Below, piece by piece: positions 1 through 8,503 of a DNA stretch of 64,000 bases (position 1 is the first letter of the stretch; each line of letters opens with the position of its first letter). Position numbers and translations under genes: made by a program. Under the pieces are notes generated by a model. It was not told the DNA's origin and made no database searches. It saw nothing but the letters and a program-made list of their open reading frames with translations. Origin of the DNA: Alphaproteobacteria bacterium (GTDB taxonomy: Bacteria > Pseudomonadota > Alphaproteobacteria > UBA9219 > RFNS01); contig JBBCGY010000001.1 in assembly GCA_037200005.1 (NCBI GenBank), positions 42,416 through 106,415 of the forward strand, read 5' to 3'.

Positions 1-8
1 TCACTTAA

Positions 9-38
9 CCGCGCACCGGCCTCCGATGCGCGGTTTTT
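9..38 (+). terminator. intrinsic terminator-like hairpin for a gene ending left of the window
   Basis: CCGCGCA (9-15) pairs with TGCGCGG (27-33) and is followed by T5 (34-38). Confidence 0.5.
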
Positions 39-59
39 CTATGCCGACTGATCGCCAAT

Positions 60-545
60 TTACGTTTTGAATGGATTATCGAAAACGAGACCGACCTTGC
101 CTGAGAGCGGCCAAATACCATGCTCAGAACCGAATCCTAATTCGAGGGAGAGTTCGCGCAAGGATTTAAAGATTAGAGAAAAGATGCTCCATATCTTACA
201 TGCGATAGAGACGACGTATTCTTTGACCCGCTCGATGAATTCGATAAGCGCATCTCTGGTTCGTCGTGCATAAGTTCTAAGAGAGGCCAACACGCTAGAG
301 GCCAAAGATTTTACATGCAGGAGAAATCGCTCGGCATGCCCTTTGGTCAATTCAACTCCTCTCGCTATTCTATCTGGCATGATGTCGCAATATTCTAGAA
401 AAGCAGAAAAAAGTTCACCTTCTTCCTTTGGAAATTCTCTAGTCGCATCGGTATCTTTGGCGATCCTTATGTCCTGTTTTAGACTCACGAGGATGGCATT
501 GACGGCTGCATCGTCAGCTTTTTCAGATAGTTCTAGAATAAGCAT
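60..545 (-). CDS. hypothetical protein (161 aa)
   Basis: Uninterrupted ORF in an AT-rich stretch with natural-looking helical, charged composition. No motif recognised. Confidence 0.5.
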   Translation of the reverse strand: MLILELSEKADDAAVNAILVSLKQDIRIAKDTDATREFPKEEGELFSAFLEYCDIMPDRIARGVELTKGHAERFLLHVKSLASSVLASLRTYARRTRDALIEFIERVKEYVVSIACKIWSIFSLIFKSLRELSLELGFGSEHGIWPLSGKVGLVFDNPFKT

Positions 546-745
546 GGGCTTGATCCTCCCCTATAGATTGCAAAGACTAAATTAAACACATCCATTCCTT
601 AGAATCCAAGCTTCTTCATACCGAACAACTGAAACATACACCGTTATGTGTCTGACCGATAAACCGTCAGCTACTGCTGCGCAGCATTTAAACGCACCCA
701 TCTCTTCAAAACAATTTCCCCCTCACCTCATAGAAAGGAAAGCAT

Positions 746-1006
746 ATGAAAACATCCATGTCCGAAATCATTGATCTTACCCTCACGCAAGCTATTGAGC
801 GTTACATGGAGATGGAGCCGGAGGCGGTTCACGATGCCATTGTCGCCGAATGGCCGGAACAACTGGCCGTCATTCTGGTGGAGTTCTTTTTCAAAACCAC
901 ATGCGGCAATTGCGACGGCTTGCCGGATTTTATCCAAATCCCAAGAGAGCAGAGCGACATTTATTACATCGTCCCGCTATGCGGCTGCGAATGGGGCGGC
1001 GAATAG
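746..1006 (+). CDS. hypothetical small Cys-containing protein (86 aa)
   Basis: ATG is preceded by AGAAAGGAAAGCAT. The same CATAGAAAGGAA upstream element precedes the next gene. It has CGNC...CGC cysteine pairs. Confidence 0.5.
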   Translation: MKTSMSEIIDLTLTQAIERYMEMEPEAVHDAIVAEWPEQLAVILVEFFFKTTCGNCDGLPDFIQIPREQSDIYYIVPLCGCEWGGE

Positions 1007-1091
1007 CGTCTTAACCATACTGAGGGCGTGCGCACGACTTCGCCAAAGATTTTAAGCCCCGATTATTCCAACCATAGAAAGGAACCCTATT

Positions 1092-1772
1092 ATGAAAGCC
1101 GGAAACACCCATACCACGCGCGAAAGCTGGCTGCGGTCGGCGACGAATGAATTACGCCCGTATTTCAGCAAGCTCGGCTACGAATTGCCGGAGAAGATTC
1201 GTTTTGCCATCGCGTTCACATCAACCGGCAAGCGCGGACACATGGCCGGAGAATGCTGGCATCCGGCGTCATCGGCAGACGGGCATTATGAAATCATCAT
1301 CCGCGCGGATATTGCCGATCCCGCAGAAGTCCTTGGCATTCTTGTGCACGAACTTGTGCATACGTTGTTGCCGCCCGAAGTGAAACACGGGAAAGAATTC
1401 AGAGCCATTGCGCTGCGCATCGGCCTTGAAGGCAAAATGCGCGAAACAACGCCCACGCCGATCTTGGCGGAGCGTTTAAACGCTATCGCCATCAATCTCG
1501 GCGCATTGCCTCACGCCAAACTTAATTTTTCCGAGAACGCCGATGCTCCCAAAAAACAAAAAACCCGCTGGCTGAAAGCTGAATGCGGCGCGGCTTGCGG
1601 TTATAGCGTTCAAATCACCGCTAAATGGGCGCGCGCCGGGCTTCCCATTTGTCCAATCGATACCGATCATGGCGCATTGATTTGCAATTTGCCGGATGAT
1701 GGCAAGGACGAAGAAATAACCATGGACAACAAATCGGACATGCAAACAAGCAAAGCAATTTTGCGTTCCTAA
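1092..1772 (+). CDS. SprT-like zinc metalloprotease domain protein
   Basis: HExxH motif (VHELVH) lies in an SprT-like context (ECWHP...YEIIIR). The C-terminus has a Cys-rich ribbon (CGAACG...CPIDTDHGALIC). A Shine-Dalgarno (SD) sequence GAAAGGAA is present. Confidence 0.7.
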   Translation: MKAGNTHTTRESWLRSATNELRPYFSKLGYELPEKIRFAIAFTSTGKRGHMAGECWHPASSADGHYEIIIRADIADPAEVLGILVHELVHTLLPPEVKHGKEFRAIALRIGLEGKMRETTPTPILAERLNAIAINLGALPHAKLNFSENADAPKKQKTRWLKAECGAACGYSVQITAKWARAGLPICPIDTDHGALICNLPDDGKDEEITMDNKSDMQTSKAILRS

Positions 1773-1823
1773 ATAACCGACATTGAGAAATTGATTTCGT
1801 CGCAGGCTCCGCAAGGTGTGGGT

Positions 1824-1872
1824 CGTGTGACGTTGTCACACGCCACCCCCTCTGTGTGACGCGTCACACAGA
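1824..1872. promoter_or_regulatory. two tandem palindromes sharing GTGTGAC/GTCACAC half-sites (candidate operator pair)
   Basis: CGTGTGAC-GTT-GTCACACG at 1824-1842 and TCTGTGTGAC-GC-GTCACACAGA at 1851-1872. Centres are about 28 bp apart. Confidence 0.4.
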
Positions 1873-1996
1873 GATAGCAGGGGCTTCGCCCCATGCACCC
1901 CCATATTCATTTCAGCGAGGATATTCACATGACTATTTCGCAAAAATCACGGTTATCAACCAAGTCCTTTCTCAGCATCCGCGAGAGAAAGACGGA

Positions 1997-2200
1997 ATGC
2001 AGTATCATTCCGTCAATATTGAGTCTCCAGTGTTGCCGACGCCGATCAATGCCGCGCTATTCCAGGACAAGGAGGATGACAGCAAGTTCAACCTCATATG
2101 GAACAGGCCGGAGCAGCAGGGACTCAAGGCCGAAGCCACCCTAAGCGTCGCGGGTCAGCCCCAATCCCGCCGCTTCTCCGGCCCGCGCGCAACGCCGTAG
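1997..2200 (+). CDS. possible small ORF (67 aa), hypothetical
   Basis: In-frame ATG inside ORF 1856..2200. It is bracketed by the twin palindromes upstream and a perfect hairpin 20 nt after its stop. The start and its reality are uncertain. Confidence 0.25.
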   Translation: MQYHSVNIESPVLPTPINAALFQDKEDDSKFNLIWNRPEQQGLKAEATLSVAGQPQSRRFSGPRATP

Positions 2201-2220
2201 GTAGTAACGGAGAGGACGAC

Positions 2221-2250
2221 ATCCCCGCAGGACGCTCGTCCTGCGGGGAT
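2221..2250 (+). terminator. perfect 14-bp-stem GC-rich hairpin (terminator-like, no U-tract)
   Basis: ATCCCCGCAGGACG-CT-CGTCCTGCGGGGAT. Confidence 0.35.
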
Positions 2251-2331
2251 TAATCGGAAAATATCGAACGAATGCCCTATGGCGCAATCCAGAGGCCGCC
2301 ATTATAATGCGCGGAAACTAAGGGATAGCAT

Positions 2332-3892
2332 ATGGCGCAAGCGAAAAAGGCAAAGAAACAGGGCGGCAATGGGGCTAATTTGGGGTTTGAAGCCCAGATG
2401 TTCCAAGCCGCCGACAAAATGCGCGGCAGCATGGATGCCAGCGAATATAAGCATGTCGCCCTGGGACTGATTTTCTTGAAATATATCTCCGACGCTTTTG
2501 AAGCCAGACATGCGACTGTCAAAGCGGACGGCGAGGACCCGGAAGACCGCGATTTTTATATCGCGGAAAATGTCTTCTGGGTTCCCAAAGAGGCCCGATG
2601 GAACCATCTACAAGCGAATGCCAAGCAACCGACCATCGGTAAATTGATTGATAATGCCATGCTGGCGATTGAGTCGGCGAATGCCTCTTTGAAGGGGGTT
2701 TTGCCAAAGGATTATGCCCGCCCAGCCCCTCAACAAACAAATGCTTGGCGAGCTGATCGACCTTATCAGCGGCATCGGGATGCATGAGGGCGCAGGCAAG
2801 AGCAAAGATATTCTTGGGCGCGTTTACGAATATTTCCTCGGTGGCTTTGCCGGAGCCGAAGGCAAGCGCGGCGGTGAATTTTATACGCCGCGTTCCGTAG
2901 TCATGCTGCTGGTTGAAATGCTGGAGCCTTATAAAGGCCGCATCTATGACCCTTGCTGCGGTTCGGGCGGCATGTTCGTTCAATCGGAGAAATTCGTGCT
3001 GGCGCATGGCGGGCGCATCGGCGACATCGCCATCTATGGCCAGGAAATGAATAACACCACATGGCGCTTGGCCAAAATGAATATGGCGGTGCGCGGCATT
3101 GACACGGATATTCGCTGGAACAATGAAGGCAGCTTCCATAAAGATGAATTCAAAGACTTGAAGGCCGATTATATCCTCGCCAATCCACCGTTCAACGTAT
3201 CGGATTGGGGAGCGGATCGCCTGCGCGAAGATGTGCGGTGGAAATACGGCTTGCCGCCTGCTGGCAATGCCAACTACGGCTGGCTACAGCATATCATCCA
3301 CCATTTAGCGCCGAATGGCGTTGCCGGCGTTGTGCTGGCCAATGGCAGCATGTCTTCCAATCAGTCCGGTGAAGGCGAAATCCGCAAGGCTATGATTGAA
3401 AAGGATTTGGTCGATTGCATGGTGGCCTTGCCAGGGCAGCTATTCTATTCAACCCAGATTCCGGCCTGCCTGTGGTTCTTGGCGCGGAACAAAAAAACAT
3501 CGCATCCGCGCAATCGCAGCGGCGAAGTCTTGTTCATTGATGCCCGGAAAATGGGTGTCATGATTGACCGCACCCGCCGTGAGTTAACGGAAGATGACGT
3601 TAAGAAGATCGGCGCTCTCTATCATGCCTGGCGCGGTGAAAAAGACGCCGGGAAATATGCCGACATTCCTGGTCTTTGCAAGGCGGCAAAGTTGGATGAA
3701 GTCTCCGGTCATGGCTTTGTCCTCACCCCTGGCCGCTATGTCGGCAGCGAAGCGGTGGAAGATGACGATGAACCGTTTGAGGTGAAATTTCCCCGACTGG
3801 TTGTTGAGTTGGAAAACCAGTTTGAAGAAAGCGATAAACTCACTGCCCAAATTCGGCGGAATCTGACTTTGTTGGGAGGGTCGCAAAAATGA
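2332..3892 (+). pseudogene. hsdM: type I restriction-modification methyltransferase subunit HsdM, frameshifted
   Basis: The HsdM N-terminal domain (ORF 2332..2787) and the methylase core (ORF 2714..3892) lie in different frames. Core motifs include [15 protein letters not shown] and NPPFN. Removing one C from the C4 run at 2726-2729 gives a continuous ...[19 protein letters not shown]... Confidence 0.85.
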
Positions 3893-4380
3893 CGCTCAAC
3901 CACAAATACATCAAACAGATATTGATTTCCTTGCGGGACAATCCAGCTCCCAGCATGGACAGTTATGATCTGGCAAAAATTTGTGGCGTTGATATGAACC
4001 ATATTGATGAATTGGCGTTTGGTAAGTTTGTGACCCAACTGCGCCTGCTAAAGGATATGGCATGCATAGACTGTCCCGTGGACAATCTCGGCTTTAGCCA
4101 GAACATCAATCGCCACTGGATAATTTGTCGCACCACCTATCGGCTCTCCAGCCAGGGGCACAGTTTTCTGGACACAGAAAACAAAAATACCCTGTTCAAT
4201 AAGGGAAAGGCGTTCTTCTTTTCAGCCTTTACGGAAGCTGGAAAGCGTTTTCTGATTCAGGCAATAACGGCAATTTTTATTGTTGTGCTGGCTACCGTTG
4301 CCGCAAACGCTGGTCTTTTCAAAATTTCGAGTTCGCATGGCCTAGCTAATCTCAAAAATCCAAAAGAGCGAGGGCTATGA
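3889..4380 (+). CDS. hypothetical protein, N-terminal wHTH-like (DUF2513-like) region plus C-terminal TM helix (163 aa)
   Basis: Its start overlaps the hsdM stop (ATGA) and its stop overlaps the hsdS start (ATGA). It has a hydrophobic segment [20 protein letters not shown]. The family call is inferred from the N-terminal pattern only. Confidence 0.55.
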   Translation: MTLNHKYIKQILISLRDNPAPSMDSYDLAKICGVDMNHIDELAFGKFVTQLRLLKDMACIDCPVDNLGFSQNINRHWIICRTTYRLSSQGHSFLDTENKNTLFNKGKAFFFSAFTEAGKRFLIQAITAIFIVVLATVAANAGLFKISSSHGLANLKNPKERGL

Positions 4381-5696
4381 TGTCTCTTTCGGAATGGCAA
4401 ATATTATCATTTAAAGAAGCTGGTGTTCAGTTGATTGATTGCGATCACAAAACACCCCCGGCATCTTCTTATGGGTATCCATATGTTACGATCCCTCAAA
4501 TCAAAAATGGGCGCATAGATGTGTCTGAAGCAAGGCGGATTACCGCAGAACATTTCAAAGAGTGGACAAGGAAGGCCAATCCAAAGCCCTTTGACGTTGT
4601 CTTATCTCGTAGATGCAACCCAGGAGAAACTGCCCATGTCCCTGCGGGGCTAGAGTTCGCTCTTGGACAAAATCTCGTTTTGTTGCGTGCAAATGGTGAA
4701 AAGGTATTTCCGCGATATTTACGATGGCTTACGCGGGGAGTGTTATGGTGGGAACAGATATCAAAGTTTATTAATGTGGGCGCCGTTTTCGATAGTTTGA
4801 GATGTGCGGACGTTCCAAATTTTCAATTTCCAATACCAGCACTGCATGAACAAAAAGCAATTGCTTCAATATTGACCGCACTGGACGATAAGATCGAACT
4901 GAACCGCCGGATGAATGCGAACCTGGAGGCGATGGCGCGGGCGGTGTTCAAAAGTTGGTTTGTCGATTTCGACCCCGTCCGCGCCAAAATGGCAGGCCGC
5001 CAACCCTTCGGTATGAGCGCGGCTACCGCTGCCTTGTTCCCCTCGCGCCTCGCCCCCTCCGAACTCGGCGATATTCCGGAGGGGTGGTCGGTCGATCAAA
5101 TCGGGAACGCGGTCACCGCCGTTGGCGGCAGCACCCCCAGCACCGAAAATCTAGAATATTGGACTGATGGGCAGTATGCCTGGGTAACGCCAAAAGACCT
5201 CTCTGCACTGAAATCGCCTGTTTTGTTCACAACGGAACGCAGGATAACAGATGCAGGAATCCGTGTTATCAGTTCCGGACTTCTGCCGTCGGGTACTGTT
5301 TTGATGTCTTCCCGTGCGCCAATCGGCTATATCGCAATCGCCGAAACGTCCGTTGCCATCAATCAAGGCTTCATAGCCATCGTTTGTGACAAAGAGCTTC
5401 CCAATTTATACGTCTGGCAATGGCTGCACGCCAATCTTGACATGATCAAAAGCCATGCAAACGGCTCAACCTTTCAGGAAATCAGCAAAGGCAGTTTCCG
5501 GCCTCTCCCCTGCATCATTCCATCAGCAAAGGTTCTCGAAAAATTTCAGGCAATCGTTTTGCCTATCTGGCAAAAACTCGTTGCGAATGAAAAAGAGTGT
5601 CTGGGGCTAGAAAAAACGCGCGACTACCTTCTTCCCAAACTAATCTCCGGCGACATCCGCATCCGCGACGCCGAGAAATTTATGGAGGCTGCATAA
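4377..5696 (+). CDS. hsdS: type I restriction-modification specificity subunit HsdS
   Basis: Two target-recognition halves are separated by the conserved central helix (LDDKIELNRRMNANLEAMARAVFKSWFVDFDP). The conserved C-terminal helix is LEKTRDYLLPKLISGDIRI. Confidence 0.85.
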   Translation: MMSLSEWQILSFKEAGVQLIDCDHKTPPASSYGYPYVTIPQIKNGRIDVSEARRITAEHFKEWTRKANPKPFDVVLSRRCNPGETAHVPAGLEFALGQNLVLLRANGEKVFPRYLRWLTRGVLWWEQISKFINVGAVFDSLRCADVPNFQFPIPALHEQKAIASILTALDDKIELNRRMNANLEAMARAVFKSWFVDFDPVRAKMAGRQPFGMSAATAALFPSRLAPSELGDIPEGWSVDQIGNAVTAVGGSTPSTENLEYWTDGQYAWVTPKDLSALKSPVLFTTERRITDAGIRVISSGLLPSGTVLMSSRAPIGYIAIAETSVAINQGFIAIVCDKELPNLYVWQWLHANLDMIKSHANGSTFQEISKGSFRPLPCIIPSAKVLEKFQAIVLPIWQKLVANEKECLGLEKTRDYLLPKLISGDIRIRDAEKFMEAA

Positions 5697-7150
5697 TGAA
5701 TCGCTGGGTAAATTCGTTCCAGAACCATCCTTTCCAAAAGCCATGGAAAGATATTGTGGAGCTTTCAGAAAAGATTGCTCTTCAAGATGAGACTGTCGCA
5801 ACTGACGTCCAAGAGCTTGCGCGTCTAAAAAAGGTTATAACCTATGTTGGCCAGTTAATAGGTGCAGCTGATCCGGAATTGATTCCATTAAGCATATGGA
5901 GTTCTTTTCAGGACCAGGCCACGCAGTGTGCAGATCAAATCAATCAGTACAACAGCAATAAGAACATTACTCACCTCAGCAACGCTAATAGCAATCTAGA
6001 TAATTTATTGACATATGTTCGCCCTTATGTGGTTTCTGCAGAGGGGGCGGCTCAGGCGGCAATGTCTGCGTTCATAGTGTATTCCGACACCATCAATACA
6101 CAGACCGATCTGATACAATCAAAAACCCAAGCCTCTGTTAACGGTACGCAGGCGAACAAAGAAAAGTCTGATGAAATATACAAAGAAATAGAGCAGTCAA
6201 AGCACAACATTCAACAATTGGAACAAAAATTTTTGATCGGCGATAGCAATGAGAAGAGCCTCCAGGAAAGAATGCAGATTCTTCTTGGGGAAGCCCAGGA
6301 GTGGAATAAAATAATTGGTGAGTTTCACAAACGGCTGACAAGCGGCAATGAACAAGAAAGCGCAATTTCGCTACAAATCGAAGAAGCAAAAAATAAAGCT
6401 ACTAAGGATAAGGAGGCTATAGAAAGTGCCCTTCAATTATCTGAAAATTTAATCAAAGACCTCAAAGAGTTTTATGAGCGAGTTTTTGGCAAAGAAGGCA
6501 GTGACGGAAACGTCATGGTCGGTCTAAAGCAAGAATTGGATAACCGCATTAAAGAGCTTGATAATTTTAAAATTAATCAAGGAACAGCCTACAATACCTT
6601 ATTTCAAAAAATTGAATCTCTACTGCCCGGAGCAACAAGCACTGGTCTTGCCAGTGCGTATAGAGAATTAAGAGACTCTTTTGCTGCGCCCATCAATATC
6701 TATACGCTAGTGTTTTGCTTCACCCTAGCAGTGATGTTTTTTGTTGGCTTGTGGGGTGTTGACTTCGGTGATGATGTGGGATTGAACAAGATGCTCGGCA
6801 GTCTCTATCACAAACTCCCACTTTTACTGCCCATCCTGTGGCTGGCAATTTTTGCTTCCAGACGAAGAAGCGAAAGTCAAAGGTTGCAACAAGAATATGC
6901 CCATAAAGAGGCGCTCGCAAAATCATTTCAAAGCTTCAAAAAACAAATTGATGCATTGCAGGAGAAGGACGAGGTCCTTACCAAGAAACTCCTGGATGCT
7001 ATGATCGGTGCCGTGTCCCATAATGCATCACAAACACTGGATGGAAAACATGGAGATAAAATTCCAACGCAAGAACTTCTAGAGGGAGTTATCAAGAAAT
7101 TTCCTGCGCAAAGCTTTTTTGAAAAATTAGTCGATAAAATCCTTAAATAG
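5696..7150 (+). CDS. coiled-coil protein with two C-proximal TM helices (484 aa), function unknown
   Basis: The ATG overlaps the hsdS stop (TAATG). About 340 aa are heptad-like and Q/E/K/N-rich. Then come TM segments (IYTLVFCFTLAVMFFVGLWGV; LPLLLPILWLAIFA), an RRRSESQRLQQEYAHKEALAKSF segment and a helical tail. Confidence 0.65.
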   Translation: MNRWVNSFQNHPFQKPWKDIVELSEKIALQDETVATDVQELARLKKVITYVGQLIGAADPELIPLSIWSSFQDQATQCADQINQYNSNKNITHLSNANSNLDNLLTYVRPYVVSAEGAAQAAMSAFIVYSDTINTQTDLIQSKTQASVNGTQANKEKSDEIYKEIEQSKHNIQQLEQKFLIGDSNEKSLQERMQILLGEAQEWNKIIGEFHKRLTSGNEQESAISLQIEEAKNKATKDKEAIESALQLSENLIKDLKEFYERVFGKEGSDGNVMVGLKQELDNRIKELDNFKINQGTAYNTLFQKIESLLPGATSTGLASAYRELRDSFAAPINIYTLVFCFTLAVMFFVGLWGVDFGDDVGLNKMLGSLYHKLPLLLPILWLAIFASRRRSESQRLQQEYAHKEALAKSFQSFKKQIDALQEKDEVLTKKLLDAMIGAVSHNASQTLDGKHGDKIPTQELLEGVIKKFPAQSFFEKLVDKILK

Positions 7151-7233
7151 GGAACAATGTGAATGGTCTGTTAGGGGCAAAAAACTCGTCACATCCAACT
7201 TATCAAGTACGTTCCTCGGAAAGAGCTACTCAC

Positions 7234-8319
7234 ATGACCTTTGACCGCAACACACCCTACAACGATCTTCCGCTTTTGCCACCGGCGCAGATCGACCTGG
7301 AAACAAAGCCTATTCTCAAAAAGGCGATCACGGCGAATATCGCGCTTGCCAAGCTGTTCGACGCGGGAAAGTTGATTCCCAATCAGGCGCTTCTGGTTCA
7401 GGCGATTGGGTTGCAGGAAGCCAAGCTGTCCAGTGAAATCGAGAATATCGTCACGACCAATGACGATCTTTACCGCGCTTTCGCGGATGAGGGCGTGCAT
7501 TCCAGCCCCGCAGCCAAAGAGGTTCTGTTTTACAAGGACGCGCTCTGGAAAGGCTATAACGCGATCAAACTGGAAAAGCGCCCGCTCTCCACGCGCCTTT
7601 TTGAAGATACGTTCCGCATTATCAAGCAATCCTCTGACGGCATCCGGCGTTTGCCGGGCACGAAATTATCGAACCCGGCAGGCGAGATTATCTACACGCC
7701 GCCCGAAGGCGAAAATCTTTTGCGTGACAAGCTCTCCAATCTCGAAAAATTTCTTTACGCCGAAGACGGGCTTGATCCTTTGATCAAAATGGCCGTCATG
7801 CACTATCAATTCGAGGCTATTCATCCCTTCACCGACGGCAATGGGCGCACGGGGCGCATTCTCAATCTTTTATATTTGATCGAGTGCGGGTTGCTGGAGA
7901 TTCCGGTTTTGTATCTATCCCGCTACATCATCGAACACAAAACGGATTATTATCTGGGACTGCGCGGCGTAACCGAGGGGCAAAATTGGGAATCGTGGAT
8001 TCTCTATATTCTCGATGCGATTGAAGTGACGGCGCAGATGACCAGAGATCGGATTCTTCGCATTCATTCTTTAATGGACAAGACGGCGGAGGCGGTCAAA
8101 GCCCAGGCTCCCAAAATCTATTCCAAAGACCTTATTGAGGTGATTTTCCGCCAACCCTACTGTAAAATTCGCTTTTTGGAGGAGGCAGGGATTGCCCAAA
8201 GGCAGACCGCCTCCACTTATCTCTCCAAATTAGAGGCTTTGGGTATTTTGGAGTCCGTAAAGGCTGGACGCGAGAAATATTATATTAATCCGGCATTCTT
8301 TAACCTTTTGGCAGAATGA
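7234..8319 (+). CDS. Fic family protein (AMPylase-type), class with N-terminal inhibitory helix
   Basis: Fic motif HPFTDGNGRTGR is present. SSEIEN fits the inhibitory [ST]xxxE[GN] motif. The N-terminus PYNDLPLLPP is typical of the Fic_N domain, and the tail is wHTH-like. An alternative GTG start exists at 7159. Confidence 0.85.
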   Translation: MTFDRNTPYNDLPLLPPAQIDLETKPILKKAITANIALAKLFDAGKLIPNQALLVQAIGLQEAKLSSEIENIVTTNDDLYRAFADEGVHSSPAAKEVLFYKDALWKGYNAIKLEKRPLSTRLFEDTFRIIKQSSDGIRRLPGTKLSNPAGEIIYTPPEGENLLRDKLSNLEKFLYAEDGLDPLIKMAVMHYQFEAIHPFTDGNGRTGRILNLLYLIECGLLEIPVLYLSRYIIEHKTDYYLGLRGVTEGQNWESWILYILDAIEVTAQMTRDRILRIHSLMDKTAEAVKAQAPKIYSKDLIEVIFRQPYCKIRFLEEAGIAQRQTASTYLSKLEALGILESVKAGREKYYINPAFFNLLAE

Positions 8320-8385
8320 CATGGTTATTTTCTGCATGTTTATGAAGTGCTTAGGTGATATGTTGTTTTGATCGACACATCGTTC

Positions 8386-8422
8386 CAACATGTCGAAAAA
8401 ATCAGAAAATTTCGACATGTTG
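8386..8422. promoter_or_regulatory. 13-bp perfect inverted repeat between fic and hsdR
   Basis: CAACATGTCGAAA (8386-8398) and TTTCGACATGTTG (8410-8422) have an A-rich 11-nt spacer. This may be an operator or a bidirectional hairpin. Confidence 0.3.
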
Positions 8423-8503
8423 AGGCTTGTGCCCTTGTTGGTTCTAAAATGCGCTTAACCGAGGCCAAACAGGCAACGGCATCGCAGTCCAAAGAGAAAA
8501 TCG

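Noticed and set aside
1856-2200. A full 114-aa ORF and the overlapping 83-aa ORF 1893..2144 as genes.
   Set aside because: The 5' part runs through the operator-like palindromes, and the 83-aa frame is R/S-rich. Only the 1997 start was kept, at low confidence.
5597-5695. Longest-ORF N-terminal extensions in the ORF track. Examples: 5597, 20111, 22674, 25691, 35682, 36407, 43066, 46164, 46693, 49354, 51897, 59618, 60270.
   Set aside because: The extensions overlap the preceding gene and lack SD sequences. Internal starts give canonical N-termini (signal peptides, prepilin leaders, family-typical starts), often with ATGA or TAATG coupling.
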